Part shown: piece by piece, positions 41,956-55,472 of the stretch
Numbering within the stretch: the stretch's first letter is position 1
How the letters are laid out: each line of letters opens with the position of its first letter
Source of the DNA: Octopus sinensis
Lineage: Eukaryota
Direction: 5' to 3'
Assembly (NCBI RefSeq): GCF_006345805.1
Contig: NC_043009.1
Location: forward strand, 25,792,001 to 25,856,000
DNA length: 64,000 nt
Notes under the pieces: model-generated
Databases searched by the model: none
Seen by the model: the letters and a program-made list of their open reading frames with translations, nothing else
Told to the model about the DNA's origin: nothing
Made by a program: the position numbers and the translations under genes

Positions 41956-44179
41956 ATCAAGATAGGAAAAACAAACTTAAGAAAATTAGACCAAAGACTG
42001 TCTTAAAAGAACTTTAGTATCAATAAAGTTGCCGGAGCACAACACATACGAAAGAAATGATTGTGAAAGAACATTAAAAGATGCATTGTATCTATCTGTA
42101 TTGTAAAGCTAAATGTCAAGATATAAGGTAATAAGTATCACTTCTCTAATTGTCTTAGTAATAAGTTATAGTTATAATATTTTTAATTGAACTTTAAATT
42201 AATGAATAAGCTTAGTCAGAAACACAAGAAAATTCTTTCTACGGTAGGCACAAGGCCTGACAGGTTTTGTGAGACGGTAGGGCTAGTCAACTATATCGAC
42301 CCCGGTGTTGGTACTTATTTTATCGATCCCGAATAGACGAAAGGCAAAGTGAACTTCGGAGGAATTTTAACTGAGAACGTGAAGCCCGAAGAAATGTCGC
42401 CAAGCATTTTTGTCCGGTCCATTAGCGACTCTGCTAAGAAAAGTTACAGTATTTAGAATACACTACTCACAATATACTGTAGATAGCTTATATTTAACCG
42501 GAATACAGGGAGACCGGGTCCTTATGCGACTAGTAAAACTAAAAAAAATATTAATTGGACTAGAAAATATCTGAAATACAACAGAAAACTAATACACATA
42601 CACACACACACTTCTTTCGCTTATTTCTGTTGTTGCCATAAATGGTTATATGCAGATTAGCTCTGGTGGAGTAGAGCTATGTGTATGTTCAAAGGTGTTC
42701 CAATCAAGACCATCATATCAGTTTTGTTTCATTTTGTTTTGTTCATTTTAGGTGTACTAAATTTAAAACATTAACCATTGATTGAGTGGATCTGTTTTCA
42801 AGACAGTTGGGTGTGATTTGACTGCCGGTTCTTAAATCAATTGAACATTTAGAATCTCTTTTATTTCTTAACTTGTGTGTGTACTTGTGTATGTATGTAC
42901 GTACGACATGTGCAGAGCTGTGCATGTTTATGCGTATAAAAATGCAATTGCTAGAAAATGCAAATTTCTTTCACACGTTGTATTGATAGTTTAATCTGCC
43001 TGTGATTGATTAATCCATTAATTAAGATGCAATCCACTCTTTATTTGATTAGTATGTTGTTTTGGCGCTGCCTGCTTTTTTTCCCCATTGAAGATAATGT
43101 CTGAGTTTAAAGTAACGTCACCGCTAGTTATTATGAAACTTCAATTAAAGGAGGTACCATTCTCTACCATTCTAAGCTGTTTGGAGCGAGTTACCAATCA
43201 ACTGGAAAATGTCTATTCTTTATTTTTTGTCACGTTAATCCTTTCAAATTCTTGGTAACCATGCACTTACTTCCGGTTAGATAATTAAATAAAAGAAACT
43301 ATTTTCGTTCCTGGTCCTAAAATGTCTGTGAGAATTAAGAAAATATCGATTTCTCACGTTGTGATACAATACAAGAGCCAAGAGCCGAAAAAGAAAGAAT
43401 ATTAAGTTTCCTACCCTGCGAGCGATAGCAGCCAAATCCGCCTCAAATGACACGGCGCTGTCTTAAGAAAAATTGAGGACGAGTTGAATAATGCTCTTGA
43501 TTATATATATATATCTGAAAACTAAGCGGAATTGTCACGGCTGGAGCGTCTTTGATGGCTGGTCTAAATGATCAATGATTACTCGCAGACAAAGCGGTCG
43601 TTAGATTTACTAGAAAAACCAGCCAGTTCTCCTTCAAATCAGTCTTCTGTCATAAATAAGAGGTAGGGCATATTTCTATAACTAATAAAGAAAAAAGAAA
43701 ACCCTTAGGCGGGTTGGTCACAGCCAGAATGGATTTGATCCCCGTCGTCTCTAAACAACAAAGTAGCATAAATTTAAAAGTAAAAAGTATACTCGATGCG
43801 AAGTGACAGCAGTATATGACAGGTACTTTTATTTTATCGATCTCGCCGCCCCACGGTAGGATTCTAAGACTACTTCAGCGGGATTTGAACTGAAATAAAA
43901 TAGAGACGTAACTACATTTAGTTACGCTTTCTACAACTTCTGCTGCTCAAACAAAGCCTACAATTATAGAAGTATTATATTTCACTCTTTTTCTTGGTCC
44001 AGTCACTAGTCTGTGGTCATGGTGGGGCTCTGTCTTGAAGGTTCTTAGTCGAACAAATCAACATTGGCACCTTTTTTAAAGTCTGGTACTTATTCTAAGT
44101 TACAGAGATGTAAAGAAACCAACACTGGTCGTCAAGCAGTGTAAAGGGACACACACACATAAGCACACACACACTCACA

Positions 44180-44218
<39 letters not shown>

Positions 44219-44333
44219 AATCAAGGAACGGCCATAATAGGCCATTCACCCACTAGAAATAACAGCCAAAGCTTCAACCGCAAAATAACTTAATTCCGCA
44301 AACCAGGAGAAAATTAAAAAACATTACCCTGTA

Positions 44334-44438
44334 ATTTCTTATACGATGCACCGTTTCATCTATTGTTTAATGGTAAACTAACCTGATTAATTAAATCAAG
44401 CCAATCTTCCATAGGCCTTAGATTCGTCAGTAAGAAAT
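44334..44438 (-). ncRNA. Type I hammerhead ribozyme with extended helix II (F6 copy 1)
   Basis: atttctta CTGACGA atcta[~56 nt]tagat GAAA cggtgcatcg TA taagaaat. Confidence 0.85.
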
Positions 44439-44821
44439 AGCCAGATCGGAACAGATATTTTCACGAGGCACTTCTGTCCCTGCCTCGGCAAATCTGACCT
44501 AAAATTTTCAAATCATCGCACTCGCGCCTAATTTATCGGCGCAAACAATAAATATAAGCCGCCGATTCCATTACGGAATCAACCAGAAAATTCATAATTA
44601 ATCAATATAGGGTGGCAAAAAAATTTTGTAGAATTTTTTTGCCACCAGCGGCCTAGTGGGAAAAAAATTAAATAGTCATAGACCATTTATAAGTTCAACA
44701 TCACAATCAAGGAACGGCCATAATAGGCCATTCACCACTAGAAATAACAGCCAAAGCTTCAACCGCAAAATAACATTAATTCCGCAAACCAGGAGAAAAT
44801 TAAAAAAACATTTACCCTGTA

Positions 44822-44928
44822 ATTTCTTATACGATGCACCGTTTCATCTATTGTTTAATGGTAAACTAACCTGATTAAATTAAATCAAGCCAATCTTCCA
44901 TAGGCCCTTAGATTCGTCAGTAAGAAAT
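44822..44928 (-). ncRNA. Type I hammerhead ribozyme (F6 copy 2)
   Basis: Same motif: 8-bp helix I, GUA triplet. Confidence 0.85.
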
Positions 44929-45260
44929 AGCCAGATCGGAACAGATATTTTCACGAGGCACTTCTGTCCCTGCCTCGGCAATATCTGACCTAAAATTTTC
45001 AAATCATCGCACTCGCGCCTAATTTATCGGCAGCAAATAAATATAAGCCGCCGATTCCATTACGGAATCAACCAGAAAATTCATAATTAATCAATATAGG
45101 GTGGCAAAAAAATTTTGTAGAATTTTTTTGCCACCAGCGGCCTAGTGGGAAAAAAATTAAATAGTCATAGACCATTTATAAGTTCAACATCACAATCAAG
45201 GAACGGCCATAATAGGCAGGAACAGAAGTGCCTCGTGAAAATATCTGTTCCGATCTGGCT

Positions 45261-45367
45261 ATTTCTTACTGACGAATCTAAGGGCCTATGGAAGATTGGC
45301 TTGATTTAATTTAATCAGGTTAGTTTACCATTAAACAATAGATGAAACGGTGCATCGTATAAGAAAT
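45261..45367 (+). ncRNA. Type I hammerhead ribozyme (F6 inverted copy)
   Basis: atttctta 45261-45268, CTGACGA 45269-45275, GAAA 45344-45347, TA 45358-45359, taagaaat 45360-45367. Confidence 0.85.
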
Positions 45368-46591
45368 TACAGGGTAAATGTTTTTTTAATTTTCTCCTGG
45401 TTTGCGGAATTAATGTTATTTTGCGGTTGAAGCTTTGGCTGTTATTTCTAGTGGGTGAATGGCCTATTATGGCCGTTCCTTGATTGTGATGTTGAACTTA
45501 TAAATGGTCTATGACTATTTAATTTTTTTCCCACTAGGCCGCTGGTGGCAAAAAAATTCTACAAAATTTTTTTTGGACCCTATATTGATTAATATATATA
45601 TATATATATATATAATAGACTTTCTCATACATGACGGGTTTTCAGTTGCCGTCTACCAAATTCACTCACAAAAACTTTGGTCGGCCTGGGGCTAAGGTCG
45701 AAAATATTTGTTCAAGGTGCTGCGCAGTGGGACTGAACACGAGACCCACGTTTGCACAGCGAGCTTCTTAACCATACAGCCATGTCTGCGTCGATGACGC
45801 GGAGTTAAAAACAAATTGGAAAGCAAACGAATAAAAATCTAATAACACGACTGAGACGCACAGAGTGTTAGAAAAACGAAAAACAAAAGAATTTTACTGA
45901 ATCTTTAATAAATTAATCAACTTTCAAGACATTAAATGTTACTGCTGTCACCTGCTCATTGTTTCTCCTCTTCCCACCACCTTTGTCTTCAATATCCAGT
46001 TTGAATCTCTCGACGATCAAATAAAATATTCATATATTTCTAGAAGAAAATATAAATCTCGACAAAATGTTTTTAATAAGACGAGTCGGAAACACGACAG
46101 GTCGGCGAGGCCTAGTCTTAAATTTTCTTTTTGCTTGGAAACTATGGCAGGGCCTCCGAAATAGTGGAAGTGAAAGAGAAGGGTGTTTCCAAACAAAAGA
46201 CATGCCCCGAATGTTTGCAATAGAAAAGATTCCGCTAAAAGGTACTCCTGTAACCCTAGAACCCAACGTTCATGTAAAACCGATCAGGTATATTACCTAT
46301 ATAGGCCACGGCGAGATTTGAACTTAGAATGTAAAGAGCCAGAACAAATACTGCGAATCACTGGTTCGAAGTTGTTACAGTACCACCAACCCACCGCTTC
46401 GAAATGGTAGTTCTTTTTTTCATCGATCCCGAAAAACCAAAAAGGTAAAGTTAACCTCAACGGTATTTGAACTCAAAATGCTGGATGCTAGCATTGATAC
46501 AGCAAGGAACTCCATGCGACACTCTAGCGACTGCAAACACACTGCCTGGAATTAGTATGCAGCAAGGGAAAAGGGAACACAAGTGAACAAT

Positions 46592-46637
<46 letters not shown>

Positions 46638-46799
46638 TGCAAACTGTGTGATAAGAAGCTTGCTTTCCAACTGCATGGTTCTGAGGTGTGTCTTCTACTA
46701 TAGTCTTGGGTCTACAAAAGCCTTGTGAGTGTATTTGATAGACGGAAACTGAAAGAAACCCATCGCGTGCGATAAAAGTTGGAGCTTCATACGTGAAGC

Positions 46800-47720
46800 A
46801 TTTAACGTTTAAAATAAGCCAGAGAATGTTTATTGAAAGATGACAGGTAATGGTATATCTGCGGAGTACTAATGAACGTGAGTCTTATAAGACGTCATTT
46901 GGTTGAAAATGCTGCCGGCCATAAATGGCTGGACAATTGTAATGCCAAAGAGATTACTTAGTCCAACCCTATGGGCATAGAATGAGAGGTATACATTTTT
47001 GTCGGCAGATCTTGGTTTTCATGCACGTGGAGATTATTCAGGAGAAAACTCCTCTGATGAAGACAGGTAGAGAATGAATCTAACCTACAGTTGAGAGATA
47101 TCGACAATTTAACACCTGGAGCTTCTCAATTAGATTATGTATATCTATCCGTGATACTTTGAAACACAGATAGACATTATGGTGTTTCATGCTACTGGAG
47201 ATTGTTCAGATCATTATTGGTATTTTCCTTGCTCCTTGATCTAAACGAGTGAGGATACTGATGATAAACGACTTTTCAGTGTTTGAAGCGAATCCGCTTT
47301 TTGATTCCTTTTGATTCAACTGCACGATGTTGTGGATGCTCGGTAAACAACTTATTTGGAAAGAGAGACTACTCTGAATAAAAAGAGAGATGGATTTCAG
47401 CAGTTACAAGTTGGCAGATGGGTGAGAGATCTGTGGGTATAGGTTTTCGATTCAATGATTTGGAAGCGATGTTATCCAGGCAAGAAAAGCTGGCCTTAAC
47501 ATTGCGTCCATTGAAAAATTTAATTCGTTTATGCGCTGTTGGGAACTGCTGTGTTAGTGGGACTTAAAAATTGTTTGAAAGGGAGTCACAGCTCTAGTGC
47601 TGCAGACATGTGATTAGAATTTTCCGGGAAAGAATCTCAAGACAAATTCTTCCAGCCGAACCGATGGGTAGATCATGAACGTGATGGTTAAATAATATCC
47701 ATAGTTTTAGTTGGTCACGT
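46800..47720 (-). pseudogene. Degenerate Penelope-like element, GIY-YIG region
   Basis: Remnants WILFNH...IGSAGRICLEIL (cf. WFNPP...IG..FL), TCNC*NPS...LSK*VVYRAS, KSR...HSFR..KENT. Confidence 0.6.
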
Positions 47721-48349
47721 TTGGAAATAGAGCCGAAAATTGTAATGACGGTTGGTTCTGATAGGTCCCTATGGAGGTGGTGCGTGAAGACACTATCCCT
47801 ATAATCCTTCGAAGAATAGTGGACGGAAAAGATGGCTGGATATGTGTATAAATGTATATACATCTTTCAGCCTAATAGTCTATCTACCTATCTATCAACC
47901 TACCGGCTTACATACCAGCCTAACTACCTGTTTATCTATGTATGTCTATAAATATCTTAAAATTAATTCTATGTTCCACACACACACACACACACACACA
48001 CACGAGTTAATGTTTTCTTTAGCATTTTATCTAAGTTAAACTGTTATTATTCCTCATTAAAATTATTCCGCTATATATCAAAATATATTTTTGCATGTGC
48101 GATAACTTCTGCATATATGTTATTTACTATAAACAACTTTCACACGTCGTTGGAAAACAAGCTATTGATTCTAAAATTATGAGATGGTGTTGGCTGAAAA
48201 ACATGTTATTGGTTTGAAAGATTAATTATGTGATGAATTATCTCAGTATAACATTACTATCTGTCATCCAAAACAATAATAAACAACTAAACATATAATA
48301 AAGATAATTTATTTCATATAAAACACGACAGCAACAACAAAAGCAAAAC

Positions 48350-48744
48350 TAGTAATTCTTTCTAATTTTGGAATAATGCCAACAATTTTCGGGGTAAATT
48401 ATGTCAGTTACATCAACCTCACTACTTTCCTACTTGCTTTATCGACCTCGAAAGGATGGAAAGCAAAGTTTAGCTCAGCGCAGAATGTGAACTCAGAATG
48501 TAAAGAGAATAAGAATAATGGTTTCAAATTTTGCCACAAGGGCAGCCATTTTGGGGAAGGGGATGAGTCGATCACAACAACCCTCAGTACTCAACTGGTA
48601 CTTAATCTATCGACCCCGAAAGGATGAAAGGTAAAGTCGACCTCGGTGGAATTGGAACTCAGAATGTAGCGACGGGCAAAATACCGCTAAGCATGTTGCC
48701 CAGAGTGCTAACGATTCTGCCAACTCATCGCCGTAATAATAATA

Positions 48745-48775
<31 letters not shown>

Positions 48776-49545
48776 TTCAAATTTTGCCACGAGGGCAGCA
48801 ACTTTGGGGGGGGAGTTAGTCGATTATATCGACCGCAGTGCGTAACTGGTACTTATTTGATCGACCCTAAAAGGATGAATGGCAAAGTCGACCTCGGCGG
48901 AATTTGAACTCAGAACGTAGCGGCAGACGAAATTCCTATTTCTTTACTATCCACAAGGGGTTAAACACAGAGAGGACAAACAAGGACAGACAAGCGGATT
49001 AAGTCGATTATATCGACCCCAGTGCGTAACTGGTACTTATTTAATCGACCCCGAAAAGGATGAAAGGCACAGTTGACTTCGGCGGAATTTGAACACAGAA
49101 CGTAGCGGCGTGCCAACGTTTCTGCCAGCTCGCCGCCTTAAAGGGAATAATAATAATAAAGGTACATGACCAGAAATTTTGGCGAGAGGGGGCAACTCGA
49201 TTACATCGACTCCAGTGCTCGGCTGCTACTTAATTTACAGACCCTGAAATGATGAAAGGCCAAAGTAACCATAGTGGAATCTGAACTCAGAACGTAAAAC
49301 CGAAAAAAAATAATAATAATAATAATAATGCCGCCAAGTATATCGACCGGTGCGTTAAGCACTCTGCCAGCAGAACAATAATTGCTTCAAAATTTGGCCC
49401 AAAGCCATCAGTCTGTCGAGGGAGGTGAAGAGTCAATCACATTGACCTCAGTACTTAACTGGTACTTTATTTAGAACGTAAAAACGGACGAAATGTCGTT
49501 AAGCATTCTGCTCGGCGTGCTAACGATTCTGCCAGCTCGCCGCCT

Positions 49546-49583
<38 letters not shown>

Positions 49584-49995
49584 TATTATTATTATACACC
49601 TTTCTACTATAGGCACAAGGCCTGAAATTTGGGGATGGGGACCAGTCGATTACATCGAATCCAGTACGCAAATGGTACTTAATTTATCGACCCCGAAAGG
49701 ATGAAAGGCAAAGATAACCTCGGCGAAATTTGAACTCAGAACGTAACGACGGTTGAAATACCTATTTCTTTACTACCCACAAGGGGCTAAACACACAGAA
49801 TACAAACAAAGACACACAAACGGATTTAGTCGATTATATCGACCCCAGTGCGTAACTGGTACTTATTTAATCGACCCCGAAAGGATGAAAAGCAAAGACG
49901 ACCTCGGCGGAATTTGAACTCAGAACGTAACGGCAGACGAAATACCGCTAAGCATTTTACCCGGAATGCTAACGATTCTGCCAGCTCGCCGACTT
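48350..49995 (-). repeat. Cluster of SINE B copies separated by (AAT)n
   Basis: About seven cores, all in the same orientation, with (AAT)n spacers. Confidence 0.8.
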
Positions 49996-51049
49996 TTAAT
50001 AATAATAATAATAATGATAATAATAATCCCTTACGTAGGCAATAAGCTAAAATGTTGCTTTTAAGGGGGAACAAGAAAACCGATTAAAACTATTCCCGCA
50101 ATAATTCTATCGATTGTGAATGAAAAATATTGCAGCAGATTAATTCAAAGTAATTAACTAACTACTTGTTAAGAAACCACTCAATCATATGTCATTACTT
50201 AATCTACATTGACTTCGCTTTTAATCGGGTTTCATAATTCCGAAGAGAATACGATACTTAACTACTACTTCATTCAATCTGAATTTAAATTTTATATTAG
50301 CTGTAACAATTAATAATATTATAACTGAATTTACGAAGTAAGAGAAAATGTTGTTTGAATGCTCATCACTACCCACCCCCCCACACACATATATATATAC
50401 ATATATATATATATACATATATATATATGTATATTCACACCCACACACACATATATGTACAAACACATATATGCACACACACATATACAAATACACATAT
50501 ATACATACATGCGTATATGTATGTACATACATACATATACGCATAATCGCATACATATATACATAATCGCATACATATATACATATACGCATACATATAC
50601 GCATACATATACGCATGCACACATATACATACACATATACATACATATACACACACATACATACATATACGGTTTAAAAAGCCGATACATAGGTCTTCAC
50701 ATGTATACACATGTATATAATTCCTCTCTTCTTAACACAAATATATTTAAATATGAGAGTGTATGTGTGTGCCTGTGTGTATATTTACACATGTGTGTGG
50801 GAACAAAAATACACACACTGGTTGTGGTTCGAATTTTAGTTAATTATTAATTAACTCCCTGGACAACTGAGGCCATTCCAATGATTTTGCCTCAAATGAG
50901 TTTTCTTCCATTTTATGTTTGGTCTTTATACGTATTTCATTTTGTGTATGTGCGTATATGTGTGTGTGTGCGCTTGAGGGTTGTGTATATGCGTGCATGA
51001 GTGCTTGACTGCTGTGTATATACGTGTTTCTGTGTTATACACTTTTACC

Positions 51050-51250
51050 CTTTTAACTTTTTTCAGTCATTTGACTGCGGTCATGCTGGAGCACCGCCTT
51101 TAGTCGAGCAAATCGACCCCAGGACTTATTCTTTGTAAGCCTCGTACTTATTCTATTGGTTTCTTTTGTCGAACCGCTAAGTTACGGGGACGTAAACACA
51201 CCAGCATCGGTTGTCAAGCGATGTTGGGGGGACAAACACAGACACATGCA

Positions 51251-51301
<51 letters not shown>

Positions 51302-51466
51302 TACGACGGGCTTCTTTCAGTTTCCGTCTACCAAATCCACTCGCAAGGCTTTGGTCGGCCCGAGGCTATAGTAGAAGACACTTGCCCAAGGTGCCACGCA
51401 GTGGGACTGAACCCGGAACCATATGGTTGGTAAGTAAGCTACTTACCACACAGCCACTCCTGTGCC
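51050..51466 (-). mobile_element. SINE family A
   Basis: Full-length reverse-complement copy with internal (TA)n. Confidence 0.85.
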
Positions 51467-51500
51467 TAGCTTCATGCAAATATAAACGTCTGAGTGTGAT

Positions 51501-51803
51501 GGCGTGTGGCTTAGTGGTAAGGGTGTTCGGCTCATGATTGTTATCACGCGAGATCGATTCCCAGTGGCACGCTGTGTCCTTCAGCAAGACACTTTATTTC
51601 ACGTTGCTCCAGTCCACTCATCTGGCAAAAATGAATAGTACCTATATTTCAAGGGGCCATTCTTGTCACTGTCTGTGTTACGCTGAATGTTAGGGGTACA
51701 CGTTTCTGTAGAGTGTTCAGCCACTTGCACGTTAATTCAACGAGCAGGTTGTTCCGTTGATCGGATCAACTCGGACACTCGTCGTCGTAACCGACGGAGA
51801 ACC
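51501..51803 (+). mobile_element. tRNA-derived SINE family C
   Basis: A box TGGCTTAGTGG, B-box-like GATCGATTCCC; shared body with 14722-15042. Confidence 0.75.
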
Positions 51804-52191
51804 AATTTTGTGTGAGTGTTGTATATAAGTGCGCATGCACGTTTGGGTATATGAATGTACTTACGTTTACGCGTTTTATTTATCATCTCTGAAATGTATA
51901 AATGCATGCATGTAGGTGTGTATGTGCGCGTGCATGTGTGTGCGCGTATGAATGGGAACGTTGTGAACGTGTACATGTTGGCGATTAAATTTATTTTTGT
52001 TGTTTTGAGTTCATATTCGCGATATTTATTCATAAATGTAACCGTAGAGGTCAAAGTGTTTGACTGTTCTCCCCATCTCTGCTTATTTTATGTTTTGCCC
52101 GACACTTATTCCACCAGTCCAATCGCTAGCTGTCATGGATGTAAACAAACCAATATCGGTTGTCAAGTAGCAGCGTCGAGAGGAACAACGC

Positions 52192-52226
<35 letters not shown>

Positions 52227-52421
52227 ATATATACGGCAATAAGAAAATGGAGGGAATCAAGAGGTGGTATTCATCAACTTTTAGACATTATATTATGTTT
52301 ATTTTTAAATAAAAAAAACCATTATAACAATATACATACATGTATAAAATTATGCTTTACATATATAAAATAGCAGTAATTATTAAAATATATAACGTAC
52401 AACATAGAAAGTATAATAGTT

Positions 52422-52496
52422 TCTTACAGCTGTTTACTGAAGTATTTGGTAGATAAGATTAAGGTACTTGGATGTGTCTCTGGGCTTCGTCAGAGA
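52422..52496 (-). ncRNA. Degenerate type I hammerhead (F7) in insert ~52234-52545
   Basis: tct CTGACGA [long helix II region] TAAA cagctg TA aga: palindromic helix III; GAAA is changed to TAAA. Confidence 0.5.
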
Positions 52497-52572
52497 GTTT
52501 AGAAAGTTCATAAGGTTAAGTTATAAATATAAATACACACGTTTTCATACACACACACATTATATATATATA

Positions 52573-52612
<40 letters not shown>

Positions 52613-52616
<4 letters not shown>

Positions 52617-52809
52617 AGAGTTTACGAAAAACAAAAAACAAAAGACGAAGACAGGTGGTGTACAAAACAAACAGATGTATTAGTATAACGCTCAGGAATA
52701 GAAAAAGTATTTTACGTTTCGAGTCTACGCTCTTCTACAGAAAGGGACAAAGAAAACAAGGAGAGAAAAAATGTGTTTAGTGGCTAACGATCTATCATGG
52801 CGTCTGATA

Positions 52810-52812
<3 letters not shown>
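52613..52812 (-). mobile_element. HHR family F3 (copy 3) between (TA)n runs
   Basis: Motif at 52709-52744: ttt CTGTAGA a gagcgtagactc GAAA cg TA aaa. Confidence 0.65.
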
Positions 52813-52849
<37 letters not shown>

Positions 52850-53793
52850 TTTTAGTTTGCGTCAATCAAATTCACCCATAGAGCTTTGGTCAACCCAAGG
52901 CAATAGTAGAAGATACTTGACCAAGGTGCCATGCAGTGGGACTGAACTCAGAACTATGTGGTTGGGAAGTTAACTTCTTAGCACACAGCCATACCTGCGC
53001 CTAAAAAAATGTAAAACGGTAAGTCAACAGAATTAGATGTCTTAGAGACATAGAAGTAAATTGGGGATCCGCTGTACTGTTTTAAGGGTCATTGGAAAAA
53101 TGTTGCTTTAGATGTGTTCATTCCAAGGAGCAGCAAGATTTCTTTTTCTAGCATTTCACATAGTTCAACCTGCACAAGCAAATGTGTGGAAAACAAATAG
53201 GAATTTTGAAAGAAGAATCAATAAAGCTAGTTTTTAAACATCGAATGGTTATGGGGCTCCACCAGAATAGAAAAGTAACCAAAGGGGTCCAAGATGGAAG
53301 TTAAAGGTCAAGGAAGTATATTTTTCGGTCATATACCAATTGGTCAATCTGTCATGAAAGGACTGAAAAAGTAAGTCTATTGTTTAGATAATATTTGTAA
53401 ACGTCAATATAAAAAGAAGTGATGATAAACTATGCGTAGCTATTTAGCAGTGTTCTGTATATTCAGATCAATAGAATGATTGATAGTGGTATAGATGGAG
53501 AAACTGAGCGGAGAAAATGATGATGAATTATGGGTAAGAGAGAGAGAGAGGAGGGGAACTTCTTAAGATCTCGATTCGTTTATAGAAAAATCTATTTGAT
53601 TAAATAGAAAAAGAAACGTGTACATACATTCAGAGAGCAAACATTATTTTCAACCCATTTGATATTCATTAAACTGACTTTCTACTTAGAGTGTTCAGTG
53701 GAAATGGGAGATAAAATTTATTTTTCGAATTATTATTATTTATTTTTGAATAATATTTACTTGTTTTTCTTCGGACGGAATTATAACCGGCCA

Positions 53794-54190
53794 AAGGCGG
53801 CGAGCTGGAAGAAACGTTAGTGGGCCGGGCGAAATGCGTAGCCGTATTTCGTCTGCCATTACGTTCTGAGTTCAAATTCCGCCGAGGTAGATTTTGCCTT
53901 TCATCTTTTCGGGGTCGATTAAATAAGTACCAGCTACGCACTGGGGTCGATATAATCAACTTAATCCGTTTGTCTGTCCTTGTTTGTTCTCTCTGTGTTT
54001 AGCCCCTTGTGGGCAGTAAAGAAATAGGTATTTCATCTATCTTTACGTTCTGGGTCCAAATTCGCCGAGGTCGAGTTTGCATTTCATCCTTTCGGGCTCG
54101 ATAAATTAAGTACCAGTTGCGTACTGCGGTAGGTCTAATCGACTGGCCCCTCCTCCAAAATTTCGAGCCTTATGCCTAGAGTAGAAAAGG
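53794..54190 (+). mobile_element. Composite SINE B
   Basis: head-core-tail1-core-tail2, as at 16069-16470. Confidence 0.8.
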
Positions 54191-54472
54191 AATTATAAAC
54201 TAGTAAATACAAACACCTTGGTACTTTAAATTACTATTTAAACTCGTGTAGAATAGATAGAAAGGGAGATAGCTTTTCTTAGATTTATCTTTTACTGTTT
54301 ACTTGTTTCAGTCATTTGATTGCGGCCATGCTGGGGCACCGCATTGAAGGGATTTGTCAAACAAGTACTTTAATTTTAAATCTGGTACGCTTATTCAATC
54401 ACTGTCTTTTGCTGAACTTCTAAGTAAAGGAACCAACACCGGTTGCCAAATGGTGAGGTACAGACACACACA

Positions 54473-54528
<56 letters not shown>

Positions 54529-54544
54529 TGAGTGAGTGAGTGAG

Positions 54545-54575
<31 letters not shown>

Positions 54576-54618
54576 AAGAGACTTTTAGTTTCCGTCTACC
54601 AAATTCACTCACAAGGGT

Positions 54619-55472
54619 CTAAAACAAACATCCCTTTCAACCTTGCAAGAAGGATATGCACAATAGTGTCAGAACAAAATACCAGGAACGTTAGATTACA
54701 AGAACTCAAAAACACCCTAATTGACAGACACTACCCAGCTCAACTCATAGAGGATGGGATCAGACGTGCAACAGAAATCAACATAGAAACTTTGAGAAAA
54801 GTTCAACACAACAACACACCTTCCCCGAAAATACTGCCTTACATATCCACATACAACCCCAGAAACAAAGAAGCCTTCACCATCATCACCCAGAATTTAC
54901 CAATACTTCACAAGGACCCCAAATTAAAGGAAATTCTAAACATACATAAAATCATTAAAAGCTACAAACAACCTAAATCACTTAAAAAGATTCTCACAAA
55001 GGCAAAATTGCTTTCTGAAATTACGGATGCAAAAGTAAAAAAATGTGGTAGACCAAACTGCGTAACATGTCCAAACCTTCTAGAAGGATCAGAATTCTTC
55101 TTCAAAGAGGGACAAAAATTCAAGATCAAATCTAATTTTACTTGTGCTTCTGAAAATATAATTTATGTCATAAGATGCTCGGGCTGCCACCAAAACTACG
55201 TGTGGTCCACGGGACTATCACTCAGATGGAGATGCACACTGCATCGACAACAGATTGCATTCCCAGAATACAGAATGATACTCTTTAGTGAGCATATTGA
55301 GAAATGCGCAAAGCAACTACTACCACAATTTATAATCTTTCCATTTTATCAATGTGCTATTGGAACACCAACACAAATTAGACTAAACAGGAAACATTCT
55401 TCATTGAAAAATATAAGCCCAAACTTAACCACTCTAACATTCTTATACAGAGAAACTCATCCCATTAAATAA
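54619..55472 (+). CDS. 5'-truncated Penelope-like element: RT thumb, Cys-rich linker and GIY-YIG endonuclease
   Basis: NIPFNLARRICTIVS..RHYP; KCGRPNCVTC; TCASENIIYVIRCSGCHQNYV..T..LR.R..LH. The first ~26 aa of the listed ORF come from microsatellite/SINE sequence. Confidence 0.85.

Larger units (their letters stand above)
39810..42600 (+). pseudogene. Fragmented R4/Dong-like non-LTR reverse transcriptase, broken by SINEs and an RTE piece
   Basis: Remnants TPGKD..WLKNL, CIDYEKSFD...WIQE, AFQENSFVPFLSCLVL and NHLLFMD, in collinear order. Confidence 0.55.
44214..45593. mobile_element. HHR family F6: two direct ~488-bp units, a partial third and an inverted copy, in the (TA)n of a SINE A
   Basis: Units start at 44214, 44700 and 45189; fold-back at ~45214; SINE A halves at ~43985-44180 and ~45625-45790. 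Confidence 0.88.

Noticed and set aside
47054-47105. CTGATGAAGAC near the degenerate Penelope ORF
   Set aside because: No intact GAAA, NUH or helix I, and it is antisense to the ORF remnant.
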